Below, one piece after another: positions 12,064 through 22,994 of a DNA stretch of 64,000 bases (positions are counted from its first letter, which is position 1; each line of letters opens with the position of its first letter). The notes under the pieces are model-generated. The model saw nothing but the letters and a program-made list of their open reading frames with translations, searched no databases and had not been told where the DNA came from. The stretch covers positions 12,586,001 through 12,650,000 of the forward strand of contig OX597837.1 in NCBI GenBank assembly GCA_951406725.2, in the 5' to 3' direction. Made by a program: the position numbers and the translations under genes. The stretch is from Octopus vulgaris. Its lineage: Eukaryota.

Positions 12064-13530
12064 ATGCCTGGATTTGCCAACTGGATTAAACGCTATTATT
12101 CATGTCGATGGAGATTATGTTATGCCTGTACTATTGCTACGATTTTGATGCAAACACTAAGAGTTGATATCAGTATGGCTCTTGTGTGTTTGTTGAAAAC
12201 ACCGAATCGTACGACTGAGGAAGTTAACAATACTACAAGCAACCAACACTGTTCCGGTTCAGATAATTATTCAATGGATCAAAATTTTGAAGGAGAATTA
12301 CAATGGAGTGACACCTTGCAAGCGAACATCCTGGCTGGGTTCTTCTACGGATATACAGCAACTAATTTTCTAGGCGGTTTATTGGCAGACAAATACGGTG
12401 GGAAACGAGTTCTAGGGGGTTCGATTCTCTCAGCATCCATTCTTACAATTTTATACCCAAGTTTGTCTCGAATTAGTGGTTACTTTACGCTTGTACTAAG
12501 GATCTTAACAGGCGTAGCATCAGGACCCTTATTCCCAGCAATTCAGTCTTTCTTCGGACGTTGGTGTCCTCCAAGTGAAATTTCTGTATTCGTTGGGTTT
12601 ACATTTGCTGGTCAGTTCCTAGGTAACATTGTAGGTCTTTCTATATCTGGTTACCTCTGTGTATATGGATTTGATAATGGATGGGGTTCCATATTTTATG
12701 TATTCGGTGGAATATCGTTGCTGTTTTGCTGTGTGTGGTTTTATGTGGTTTACGATAATCCAGACGTCCATCCCACTATCAGCGAAGAAGAACGTTCTTA
12801 CATAAACAGAACTACAATAAGTGAAAAAGTTGTTAAAAATGTACCTTGGAAACGGCTGCTTTCTTCACCTGCAGTTTGGGCCATTATTTTCAGTTTGTTC
12901 GTTTATGACTGGATGGCGTCCACTTTTGAGGTTTTGCTACCTCTATATATGAAAGACACCTTAAACCTTCATATAATATCCAGTGGTTTAATGTCGTCTG
13001 CTCCTTCGGCTGGTCTAATGATTGGTCTACCTCTCTGTGGAAATTTTGCAGATTTTGTACATTCAAAGAAATATCTGTCAACTCGTTCTGTTAGAGTCCT
13101 ATTCGAAACCTTTTCTATGATTATTCCAGCAAGTCTGTTGACTGCCATAGGATTTCTTAGATGTGACCAGACCATTTTAATAACTTCGTTTTTGTTCCTC
13201 AGTGGTATAGCAATGTCATTTGCGAGTGGAGGTGCACTCGTGAATACCAGTGGCATTGCCCAGAGTTATGTTGGTATCATATTTGGAATTGGGAACACTT
13301 TTGCTGCAGCAGCGGGCAGCATTAATTCTTTAACTACAAAAGCTTTAACCTCAAACGATACACAAGAACAATGGCAGATCGTGTTTGCCTTATGTGCTGC
13401 TATATGTGTAGTTGGCGCAATATTCTTCGCAATAATGGCAAGAGGAGAAATCCAAGTTTGGGCAAAACCGCAAGAACCCGGATCATGTCGTAATGCGGGC
13501 GACGTGAATATAAATAATATTGTTCAATAA
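12064..13530 (+). CDS. SLC17/sialin-like MFS anion transporter paralog 2 (488 aa, single coding exon)
   Basis: RVDISMA (TM1), FFYGY, GGLLADKYGGKR (MFS motif A), RWCPP, FDNGWGSIFY, DNPDVHPTISEEE, VPWKRLLSSPAVWA and WQIVF are SLC17 signatures. ATG at 12064 aligns with the starts of the other paralogs. Confidence 0.93.
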   Translation: MPGFANWIKRYYSCRWRLCYACTIATILMQTLRVDISMALVCLLKTPNRTTEEVNNTTSNQHCSGSDNYSMDQNFEGELQWSDTLQANILAGFFYGYTATNFLGGLLADKYGGKRVLGGSILSASILTILYPSLSRISGYFTLVLRILTGVASGPLFPAIQSFFGRWCPPSEISVFVGFTFAGQFLGNIVGLSISGYLCVYGFDNGWGSIFYVFGGISLLFCCVWFYVVYDNPDVHPTISEEERSYINRTTISEKVVKNVPWKRLLSSPAVWAIIFSLFVYDWMASTFEVLLPLYMKDTLNLHIISSGLMSSAPSAGLMIGLPLCGNFADFVHSKKYLSTRSVRVLFETFSMIIPASLLTAIGFLRCDQTILITSFLFLSGIAMSFASGGALVNTSGIAQSYVGIIFGIGNTFAAAAGSINSLTTKALTSNDTQEQWQIVFALCAAICVVGAIFFAIMARGEIQVWAKPQEPGSCRNAGDVNINNIVQ

Positions 13531-14255
13531 TGTTTCCCAGATAGCTTCGTAATCAGAGAGTATTTGTTCCTGAGTAGACGTCATCAGCTCAGCATTTCCT
13601 TACCCTGGCCGTAACAACGAAAGAGTTACAAATACATAGAAACATAGGCCGTCAGCTGACCATTCGTGTTTATAAATGATGCTCTCTCTTTCTCAATGAC
13701 ATGTCAAGCTCGACAAAATCTTGATTCTCGTAGTTATCTCTCCTTTTCATTTACGGTTTGTCACAACTTCCACCAAGCAATTATCCTACCTTCCCCAAAA
13801 GAGAGAGTATTTCAAGTTAAGTCAACAATATATTTTCTATGAGAATTAACATAGCTTATTCGTATTGTTTTGTTTTTTTTAATACAAGCTATTAGACTCT
13901 GTGAACTATTACTCTTAGCCTCATGTCGTGCTCCTCCCAAATACGTACAACATAAATGTGACACAATGTTTTGTGTGTGTGTGTAAATATGTTTGTTGGA
14001 AAAAAAATCGTGTAACTAACGTAATGATGAAGCTTAATGAGGTAGAAAAATGTCAACAAAGCCGGCTTTTTCCTTCCAGATAATCAAATTATTCCTCTTC
14101 TTAAATGATACGTCTCAGTTTTAGGTTCCAAGCTAATGCCTATCGCTACCAAGCGATCGTTCAACCATATGTATAATAAACCTTCAAGAAATGAAGAATT
14201 TATGTTTTGTTGTAATTATATATCCTTTATAAATATATATATGAGAGTATTTGAT

Positions 14256-14310
<55 letters not shown>

Positions 14311-16404
14311 GAGAGACAGACAGACAGAGAGAGAATGTAATGTATACTGTCTTTATTCTTGCCAACATCCCATTTCATACATCTTGACAGAATTATAACC
14401 GTTATATCTAATTTTTATCTATTGTGAATATAAAGGAGTCCTCCATCCACAGGAATATAGTACTATTGAAGAACTAATAGTATTGTTACTAAATTGAAAT
14501 TACGGAACTGGAGCTACAATTTGTTGAGGAAGGGATAGGATTCAATTCTGAAATTCTGTGGAACATTCAAATGATGGACACCTGCTCATGTTTTGGATTA
14601 CACTTTACGGATTTTCAAAATATTGAATAATACTTCTCTACTGAATGACTCGAGATTATTAAATGATAGATCGCGATTGAAATTATAGACAGCAAGTGAA
14701 AAACACAGGAGCATTCTTTGGAGTACAAATATGTACATTTTTACAGGATGTGTGTGATTACTTGTTTATTCCGACACCAAAATTGCACGTAACTACCTTC
14801 GCCTTATCAGGTCAATGGTGTCGTAAGAGACGAATTTTGTGGAATATTCCGTCTCAAAGATCTGACTGCTATTCAACCGTGTGTGTATGGAGCACCTTAT
14901 CTGTTTTAATTATCCGTGTTTTAATCATGTTTAATTTTTATAAATTTAACTATCCAGTTTTTTCGTTTAATTTACATCCTATGTATAACACGCACAATTA
15001 TTAATAGTATAACCTCCTTTGTACTTCTAATTTTAATTTTAAAACTTAATTTTTGATTAAAGATTTATTTTTTTATACACTCTCACTTTAGGTTTCGTAT
15101 ATTCTATTTCATGTTTTCTTAATCTGAACCATACACGAACTAGCATTTTAATTAGAGAAGTGGAGACATTACCATTGTTTAGTATTTGTTCCTGGGTAAG
15201 AGTTACCGGTTCAGCATTTCCTTTCCTTGTCCATAACAGAACGAATGACTGACAAATACATAGAAACATGGGTCGTTGGTCATTTACAGGGTGTCTTGTC
15301 TTCCACCAAGCAATTAGTCTAACTCATGTAATGATGAAGCTAATTGAGGCAGAAACACGCCTACATAGCCGTCCTATTCCCTCCAGTATTAATCAGATTA
15401 TTTTTTTCTTTAACGACATCTCTTTGTTAATTCTCGAGATTATCTCCGCTTTCCGTTTCAAGTTAATCTCAATTACCTCCAAGCGAACGTTCTACCATAT
15501 GTATAATATACCTTCAGCAAATGAATAATTTATGTTGTATTTTATTTATATCCTTTATAAATATATTTGTATGTGTGTACTAGATTACTCGCAACCCATT
15601 GGTTCACCTGGAAAGTCCGAGTTTTTTTCTTGGGCTTTTTTCTTTTCCAGGTTATTTCGCATGCTTTCAACGAATGTGTCACCGAAATCACGCGTAAACG
15701 TCTCCTCCCAGAAAAAGAAAGATTTGGTTTCTATTTCTTGGACGCTCTGCTACCCCGTAACAGGTATTTCGGGTCATATATCGCAACTAGTTGTTACGTG
15801 GTAGCAGGGCGTGCTAGAAATAGCAGCCAAATCTTTGGAGCTGAGATACGTTGAATGCACTCGAAAAGATTTGGACACTTTCGGAAGAATCTCGATCGGC
15901 TGTTAATCCGAACGATACGGATACAATTAATATATTTAATAATATTTCCGAGTTAACATTTCAATTAGAGTGTCGAACATATTACCTGCTAGATTGTCGT
16001 CAATAGACATGATCGTCTCGGTATTTCCTGGCCTTGTCTTTGACATATATAGAAACACGGATAGTCAGCTAACCTTTTCTGCCCATACTACGACACGCAC
16101 CCATTTTTGATATCATGTCAAGTGTAAAGAACGCTTGATTCTCGCTGTTATCTCACATTTCAATCTGAACTCACCAAGCGTCGGAAACTGATCTAATTTC
16201 CTTATATCAAGAATGCGTATTATATGGCAATTAATGTACCCTTATTCGACTTTTTCTGAAATACCCGCCTTTAGCCAGCGTAAAACGTTGCTATTAACAC
16301 TACGTTTTATGTACTCCAACATCTAAGGTCTTAATCTTTTCATAACCTACATTCTGTGGGTCTCAATACTAATTGTCTTTGTTACAGACAAGCCTATGTA
16401 ACCG

Positions 16405-17645
16405 TTGTGCTATTGAGGTTCAGATCTCCACAACACTTTTTGTTTCCAGACAATCAGATCATTTTCGTATTAAAATCATGACAGTTTTGAGGAAATCTTA
16501 ATTCTTGAGATTATCTCCGCTCTCCGTTTGAACTTCATCCGAATTACCACCAAATGATTGTCCCAAGAGCGGATATATTTTCAATAAATAAATTATTTAT
16601 TCTGTGTTATATTTAATATATCCACACAAGCATTTGATACAATGCGAATCCTTAATTTTTTCTAGGGTACGTGTGATTATTTGTTTAGTCCGATATGAAA
16701 AAATTCTCATGGCTGCCTTCGGCTTTGACGGATTAATGGTGTGCAAGAGACATATTTTGGAGAATGTTCCGACTCAAAATTATCTGGTGGCGACGCACCT
16801 ATCACTCAATGAGTTGTCCTACATCTTTAGTATAATTTTCATTAATTACCTAGTTTTTCATTTCGTTGCGTCTTTACATAATTATCTATTCATCTTGTCT
16901 TTAATTTGTATGCTAATTAGAGCATGTCCAATTATTAATAGTATAACATCGCTGTTCTGGCTCAAAGGTCTTCGCAAATTAATAGGATTGTATTCCATAA
17001 TGACGCCCACCCCTTTGGCAGTGGACAAAAGGAAGCCATATAAGATCATAGAGTAGAATAAAAATGTGTTCGACTTACAAATTTATGTTGCATGCTCTGT
17101 ATAATGTCTTCTTGAGCGTTTGTAAATGCTTTGGTATCAGTAATAAAAGGATCTATTATCACTAATGAAAATAAGCTGCTTGTTGTTGTTGTCCTTCATA
17201 TGAGTGTGTGTGTGTGTGTGTTTGTGTGTTTGTGTGTGTGTCTTTGCGTGTGTGGATGTGTGTCTGTGGATATGTGAGCGTGTATGTTATATTACATAAC
17301 ATTATATGACACGGTGTCTGAAATTTCAAAACTACTTATTAGTTGTGGAATTTCGAACATTCTTAAGAAAAAATGCCCCCTAAGAAAATATCAAATAAGA
17401 TGAGACAGAAAACAAGAAACGAATAGAAATGCGTTTTCCTTTTCATTTTGCATTTCAAATATTAAAGAGGCAAAATACTTCACCAAAAAGAATTCGTACA
17501 GTCGTACCAGTTGTGAAAGTTTGGACGCAAGTACTTTATCCATTAGAATTGAATAACTCAGAGGTCCAGCGCCGAGGTGAAGGTCTATTTCTTTGTTCAT
17601 AACTGAATCACACTTTCAAATTTCATGTGCTTAATGTCACATCTA
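16405..17645 (+). repeat. Segmental duplication block shared with 28076-29725 (paralog 3 / paralog 4 units)
   Basis: 16405-16950 is nearly identical to 28076-28625, and 17300-17645 matches 29180-29725. The duplicated spurious ORFs 16604 and 28276 show the same thing. Confidence 0.9.
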
Positions 17646-17659
17646 CCTACCTACCTACC

Positions 17660-19600
17660 TAGATAATTTCAGGCCCATCACTCTGCTTAACGCAGATCTG
17701 AAAATTTTGGCCAAAGTAATAGCCGAGAGGTTGGTAAACTGGTCGACAGGGCGCAAACATGGATCAGTCGGTACTTGGCGGCCGTCCTCAGGGCGGCTGG
17801 CTTCGGTCCCGTCTTCCGCGGTTGTATCGCTGCCTTGTATAGCGGCATCCGATCGGTGATTCGGGTGAACGACCACCTGTCGAAACCGTTTGACATCACG
17901 CGTTCGGTCCGTCAGAGGTGGCGAACGCGTACATCGCATCCGTCATCGATTACCGCCTGACCGTCGTGCCTTGTCCCGACGCCACCATCACCAAACTGGA
18001 ACGCATACTCTTCCGCTTCCTGTGGAAGGGTGGCGTTCCAATGGTGAGGAGGTCCATTTGCTGTCAATATCCGTTGAATGGAGGACTAGGCATGCCGTGG
18101 TTGATGATGCACAGGCATGAACTGAGACTGCGACATCTCCGGAACTTCATCGATGACGGTGAACAGGTGTGGGCGCCGTTTGTGAGGCGCGCCTTCCCGC
18201 AGCTCGTCTCACTGACCGAACTGCAAACGTAGATCAGGAAGAGACCGAAACTGGGCGATTGGCATCGAGAGTGTCGCCAAGCTCTACAGCAGCTCTGCCG
18301 ACCGGGGTCAAACTTGTTCAACTTACAAACGACTAAAGCGTTCTATAGAGGACTAGTGGAGGGGAGGTCCGATGACACGCTCGGGGCAAACATGGGCGTC
18401 GACGAGAAATTCCTAACCCGCCTTTTCAAGACGACGTTCGGGCCGGGGCCTATGGATAACTTCCAGAAATCCCTGGCTTGGCAATGCTATCGAGACGCAC
18501 TACCTGTTCGAGAGAAGAGCTACAGGCACGGTTCGAAAACCATCAGCGGACCGACCTGCCCGAGATGCGGTCAGAGCGACGAAACCGTTCTGCACGCACT
18601 CGTGCAGTGTCCAGATATTTCAGAGCTGTGGACCTTCGTCGAACAGCTGTTGTCACGTGCAGGACGGGCCCGCTTATCGGCCGAGTCTATCGTGAATATT
18701 GTTCCACCACCTTCCTTTAAACGGGAAGGGAAAACGGTTTTCGTTACGCTGATGGCTATGGCGAAAGAATGTGTGTGGTGGACGCGTTTGAAAGGACTGC
18801 GAACAAACACCTTCCTCTCTGGTCAGTCTCTCGTCACCTTTTTCAAGTACCACTTGAAAAGGAGGATGAGAATAGAGAGGAAGGCTTTGTCGAACGAATG
18901 TTCTAATAAAAAGTGGGTAAAAGTGGCACAAAATGGTCAGTATGAAAGCCGACACTATTTTAAGCATAAATCTGTGACCAAAAGAGACAACGAGAGGTAA
19001 GGCGACTTACTCATATGTTCATTTTCGAACTGTCTGAGGTGACCTTGGTCTTTTTTGTAGGTTTTTCTTTCCTGGAGCACCGCCTTTAGTCGAGCAAATC
19101 GACCCCGGGACTTATTCTTTGTAAGCCCAGTACTTATTCTATCGGTCTCTTTTGCCGAACCGCTAAGTGACGGGGACATAAACACACCAGCATCGGTTGT
19201 CAAGCAATGCTAGGGGGACAAACACAGACACACAAACCCACAAACACACACATACATATATACGACAGGCTTCTTTCAGTTTCCGTCTACCAAATCCACT
19301 CACAAGGCATTGGTCGGCCCGGCGCTATAGCAGAAGACACTTGCCCAAGATGCCACGCAGTGGGACTGAACCCGGAACCATGTGGTTGGTTAACAAGCTA
19401 CTTACCCACAGCCACTCCAGTGAATTTTATTTATATATATATATATTATATTTTTATACACCACTCAACCCACAGATCCCTATTGATCGAACCCTTTTTT
19501 TCTTTGTGTCCCACCCATCCCACCTCGAAAAGAAAAAACTCTACGTTGTATTTCGTCCATTTTTATTCTGTGTTTAGCCCTGTGTGGCCAAAATAAAAAG
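17660..19600 (+). mobile_element. 5'-truncated, internally deleted L1/Tx1-clade LINE (RT fragments, zf-RVT, 3' UTR) with nested SINE
   Basis: DNFRPITLLNADLKILAKVIAERL, IRVNDHLSKPFDITRSVRQ, FLWKGG...GGLGMP and CPRCGQSDETVLHALVQCP. GC-rich relative to the host. The 3' end runs into (TATC)n. Confidence 0.85.
19071..19418 (-). mobile_element. SINE family A (3'-clipped) nested in the LINE 3' UTR
   Basis: Matches the family A consensus seen at 52522 and 62588. Confidence 0.85.
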
Positions 19601-19601
<1 letters not shown>

Positions 19602-19657
<56 letters not shown>

Positions 19658-19676
19658 CATCTAACTATCTATGTAC

Positions 19677-19713
<37 letters not shown>

Positions 19714-19900
19714 CATTTATTTATTTATCTATCAGTTTACCTATCTATATATCTATTTATCTATCTGTACATCTATTTATTTATTTATTTATCTGTCTAT
19801 TCATTTATTTATCTATCTACTATTTATATATTTATCTATCTATCTATCTATCCATTTATCTACCTATCTATGTATCCAGCTATGTATATATGTATGTATG
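19602..19900. repeat. (TATC)n microsatellite, degenerate distally
   Basis: Direct reading. Confidence 0.9.
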
Positions 19901-19908
19901 TATATATT

Positions 19909-21062
19909 ATACAACTTCTTTCCAACGTTCAACCGGATTTTCAATACCTCGTTGGTAGAAATCACCCGATCGACTAGAAAAATTGATCCAATCAAGCTCT
20001 CAATTCTGCATCAGTATTGAACGAAACTCCGCGCACAGCATTTGAAAGAGACCGAAAGAGGCGGAAATCTGTTGGTGCCAAATCAGGAGAGTACGGCGGA
20101 TGTGGCAGCACTTCCCAGCCATGCGTTTGAAAGGCTTCCTTGGTCATATAGGCGATATGAGGGCGGGCGTTGTCGTGCAGCAGAAGAACTCCATGCTGAC
20201 GATTAGGTCTTTTCTCTTGAATAGCCGTGTTGAGTCGCTCCATCTGTTGAACATAGAGTTCCACGTTGACCGTTTGCTTCCGTTCAAGCAACTCATAATG
20301 GATAATCCCTTCCCAGTCCCACCATACGCACAACATCGTTTTACGTGGATGAAGATCTTGTTTCATGCGCGGTGTCGCTTGTTTACCGGGGCTAAGCCAT
20401 TCCTCATGCTGCTTCATATTGATGTACAGACACCATTTTTCGTCGCCAGTAACGATTCGGTAAAGAAATCGTTTCTTGTGTCCATGAGTTGGGCGGTAAC
20501 GAGCAAGGAAACCAGCGGAGATTGTGGCTCGTTGATTTTTGTTGTTGTCACTTAAAGCATGCGGAACCCATGCTCCATACTTCGGAAGATGCCTTTCTAT
20601 AGTGAAGATGCCTTTCTATAGCAGTGTGGGAGCATACATACCATTTTCTCTGCCTGTTCCCTTGTCGTTTGACGAGAATTTTCGTGCAAAAGTTGGTTTA
20701 ATCGCTCTTCATCGAACTCGAGTGGACGGTCAGAACGAGGTGCGTTTTCCATTTTTGAACATGGCATACCAATCACGAGCGGTTCTTTCAGCTACGGGAC
20801 CCTCTCCATGCACAGCACAAATGTCGCGAGCAGTTTTTGCGGCATTAGAACCTTGATTAAAAGCAAAAAGAAGGAGGTGTCGAAAATGCTCGTTTTTCTT
20901 AACTTCACATTCCATTTTAATGATCTGAAAACAATTAACTAAAATTAACTAGAAAAATGATTCAAAAATATAATTCTCGAAAAAAAATAGATTCCAAAAT
21001 TTAAAAACGCAATAAATTCCAAAATTGAAAAAACGGCGGGAACTCAATTGCCAACCCAATAT
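19909..21062 (-). mobile_element. mariner (DD34D) transposon, frameshifted, 3' end lost
   Basis: MECEVKKNEHFRHLLLFAFNQG...VAERTARDWY (HTH), VTGDEKW, HDNARPH and YSPDLAPTDF. TA-flanked 5' TIR ttgggttggcaattgagttcccgccg at about 21035-21060. Confidence 0.92.
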
Positions 21063-21174
21063 ATACATATATATGCACACATACACACGCACACATACAC
21101 GCACGTACACACACATATGAATATATTCACATAGTCATATAGATATACACGCATAACATACATACACACACACG

Positions 21175-21217
<43 letters not shown>

Positions 21218-21268
21218 ATTATATATATATTTATATATATATATATGTATATATATAATTATTATATA

Positions 21269-21336
<68 letters not shown>

Positions 21337-21860
21337 GTCCAGAAGTTCTTATGTTCTCATAGGAGCCACATACTTTATATACCTAATGTGATCTATCTTG
21401 TGATATAGGATTTCTGGTAGTATATACTGGATGAAATTATACAACCAAGTACATTGTTCACATAGTGCCATTATCAAATGTGTCATTTCATGTTCACTTT
21501 TATAAATGATGAAATAATCATTCATTGCTTTAGGTAAGACCACATGTTGTGCATTTATGAATGCAGATATGTGCGTGGATGCATCTGTTAGCGCGAACAT
21601 ATGTTTGCTAATAAATTTGTGTTCTTTCCCTAACGCGTTTAACCCCTTTGTGGATGTGCGTGAGGACGCATGCTTTTATTTGCATGTATATATATATATA
21701 TATATATATTCAGTAAAAGCAATTAAGATTCAAATGAGTTCCAATGAATTCACATGAATGCGGTACTTAACTTAGAGGCACCAGAAATCTATATGGTATT
21801 AACCATAAAATAATGTGGGGTGATTATAAACAAGAAAAAAACAACAAGAATGGATTAGTT

Positions 21861-21950
21861 GTTCAGTACAATTGTTTCATACGAAGAACAGCTTTATTAA
21901 AAGCTGCAAATATAGCAGCAGATACAAGTGTCCCGTATTCATCAGCCAAA
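21861..21950 (-). ncRNA. Type I hammerhead ribozyme motif within a small inverted-repeat element (~21700-22165)
   Basis: Minus strand reads tttgg CTGATGA atacggga...ttcgtat GAAA caattg TA ctgaa: core boxes, a paired stem II and a palindromic stem III. An inverted partial copy lies at ~22075-22165. Confidence 0.65.
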
Positions 21951-22164
21951 ACACATATGAGTTTTCCAAACATCCTAGAGGGTGAGGCTACACTCATGAA
22001 GTATCGAAGAGAGTTCTATAAAAAGCAATGTTAGATTGTAAACAGACTTGAAAAGTTATCTAATGATGCACAGTTTGCTGCAATATTTGCAGCTTTTAAT
22101 AGGCTGCTCTTCGTATGAAACAATGGTACTGAACAACTAATCCATTCTTGTTGCTTTTTTCTTG

Positions 22165-22205
<41 letters not shown>

Positions 22206-22671
22206 TTATGTGTGTGTGTGTGCGTGTATATGTATATATAAGTGCTAATATATATATATAGATATATAAATTAATATTGATTCTTTATATTCGTACAGGT
22301 CACACATTTCCACGAATGTACAATCGAGGAATTCTTTCCAGAACTAAGAGCATAAAGAAGCTTAAACAAACACTCAAAGAACTTAAATTCTCAGCATTTG
22401 TTACTGTGCTAATATTTCCTACACGTGGACTCTCAATTCCTGCTACAAGGAGTGGATTACCTGTAATGATGCAACCTGGAATAGAAAATTTCTTGCAAAC
22501 ACCACCAAGAAAATATGCAGAACAAATATAAGATACAATGAAACATATCAACGAATAATATGGATTTGAAGCAACATCTTTCGATGAGCAGTTGATTAGA
22601 AGAGTCTTTTAAAGTTGTTTTAAATATATGTGGAATTTCATATTTACCGTAAACAGAAGGAATTGGATATA

Positions 22672-22874
22672 TTCCTTTCTACTCTAGGCACAAGGCCCGA
22701 AATTTTGGGAGAGGGTGCCAGTCGATTATATCGACCCCAGTTAATTTATCGACCCCGAAAGGATGAAAGGCAAAGTTGACTTTGATGGAATTTGAACTCA
22801 GGACGTAAAGACAGACAAAATACTGCTAAGCATTTCGCTCGGCGTCCTAACGTCTCTGCCAGCTCGTCGCCTTA
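22672..22874 (-). mobile_element. tRNA-derived SINE family B upstream of paralog 3 (corresponding copy at 33722-33895)
   Basis: Reverse complement of ggcgacgagctggcaga...gagttcaaattcc...ctttgcctttcatcctttcggggtcgat. A copy sits at the same position upstream of paralog 4. Confidence 0.8.
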
Positions 22875-22994
22875 GGAACTGGAAATATTGGTATTGTTCA
22901 CATATTTATGTTACATCTATCGTGGATTAATATATATGTACAAACATTCAGTTCCAAGTAATACATTGTGAGAACCAGAAGTCATACCATAAAA

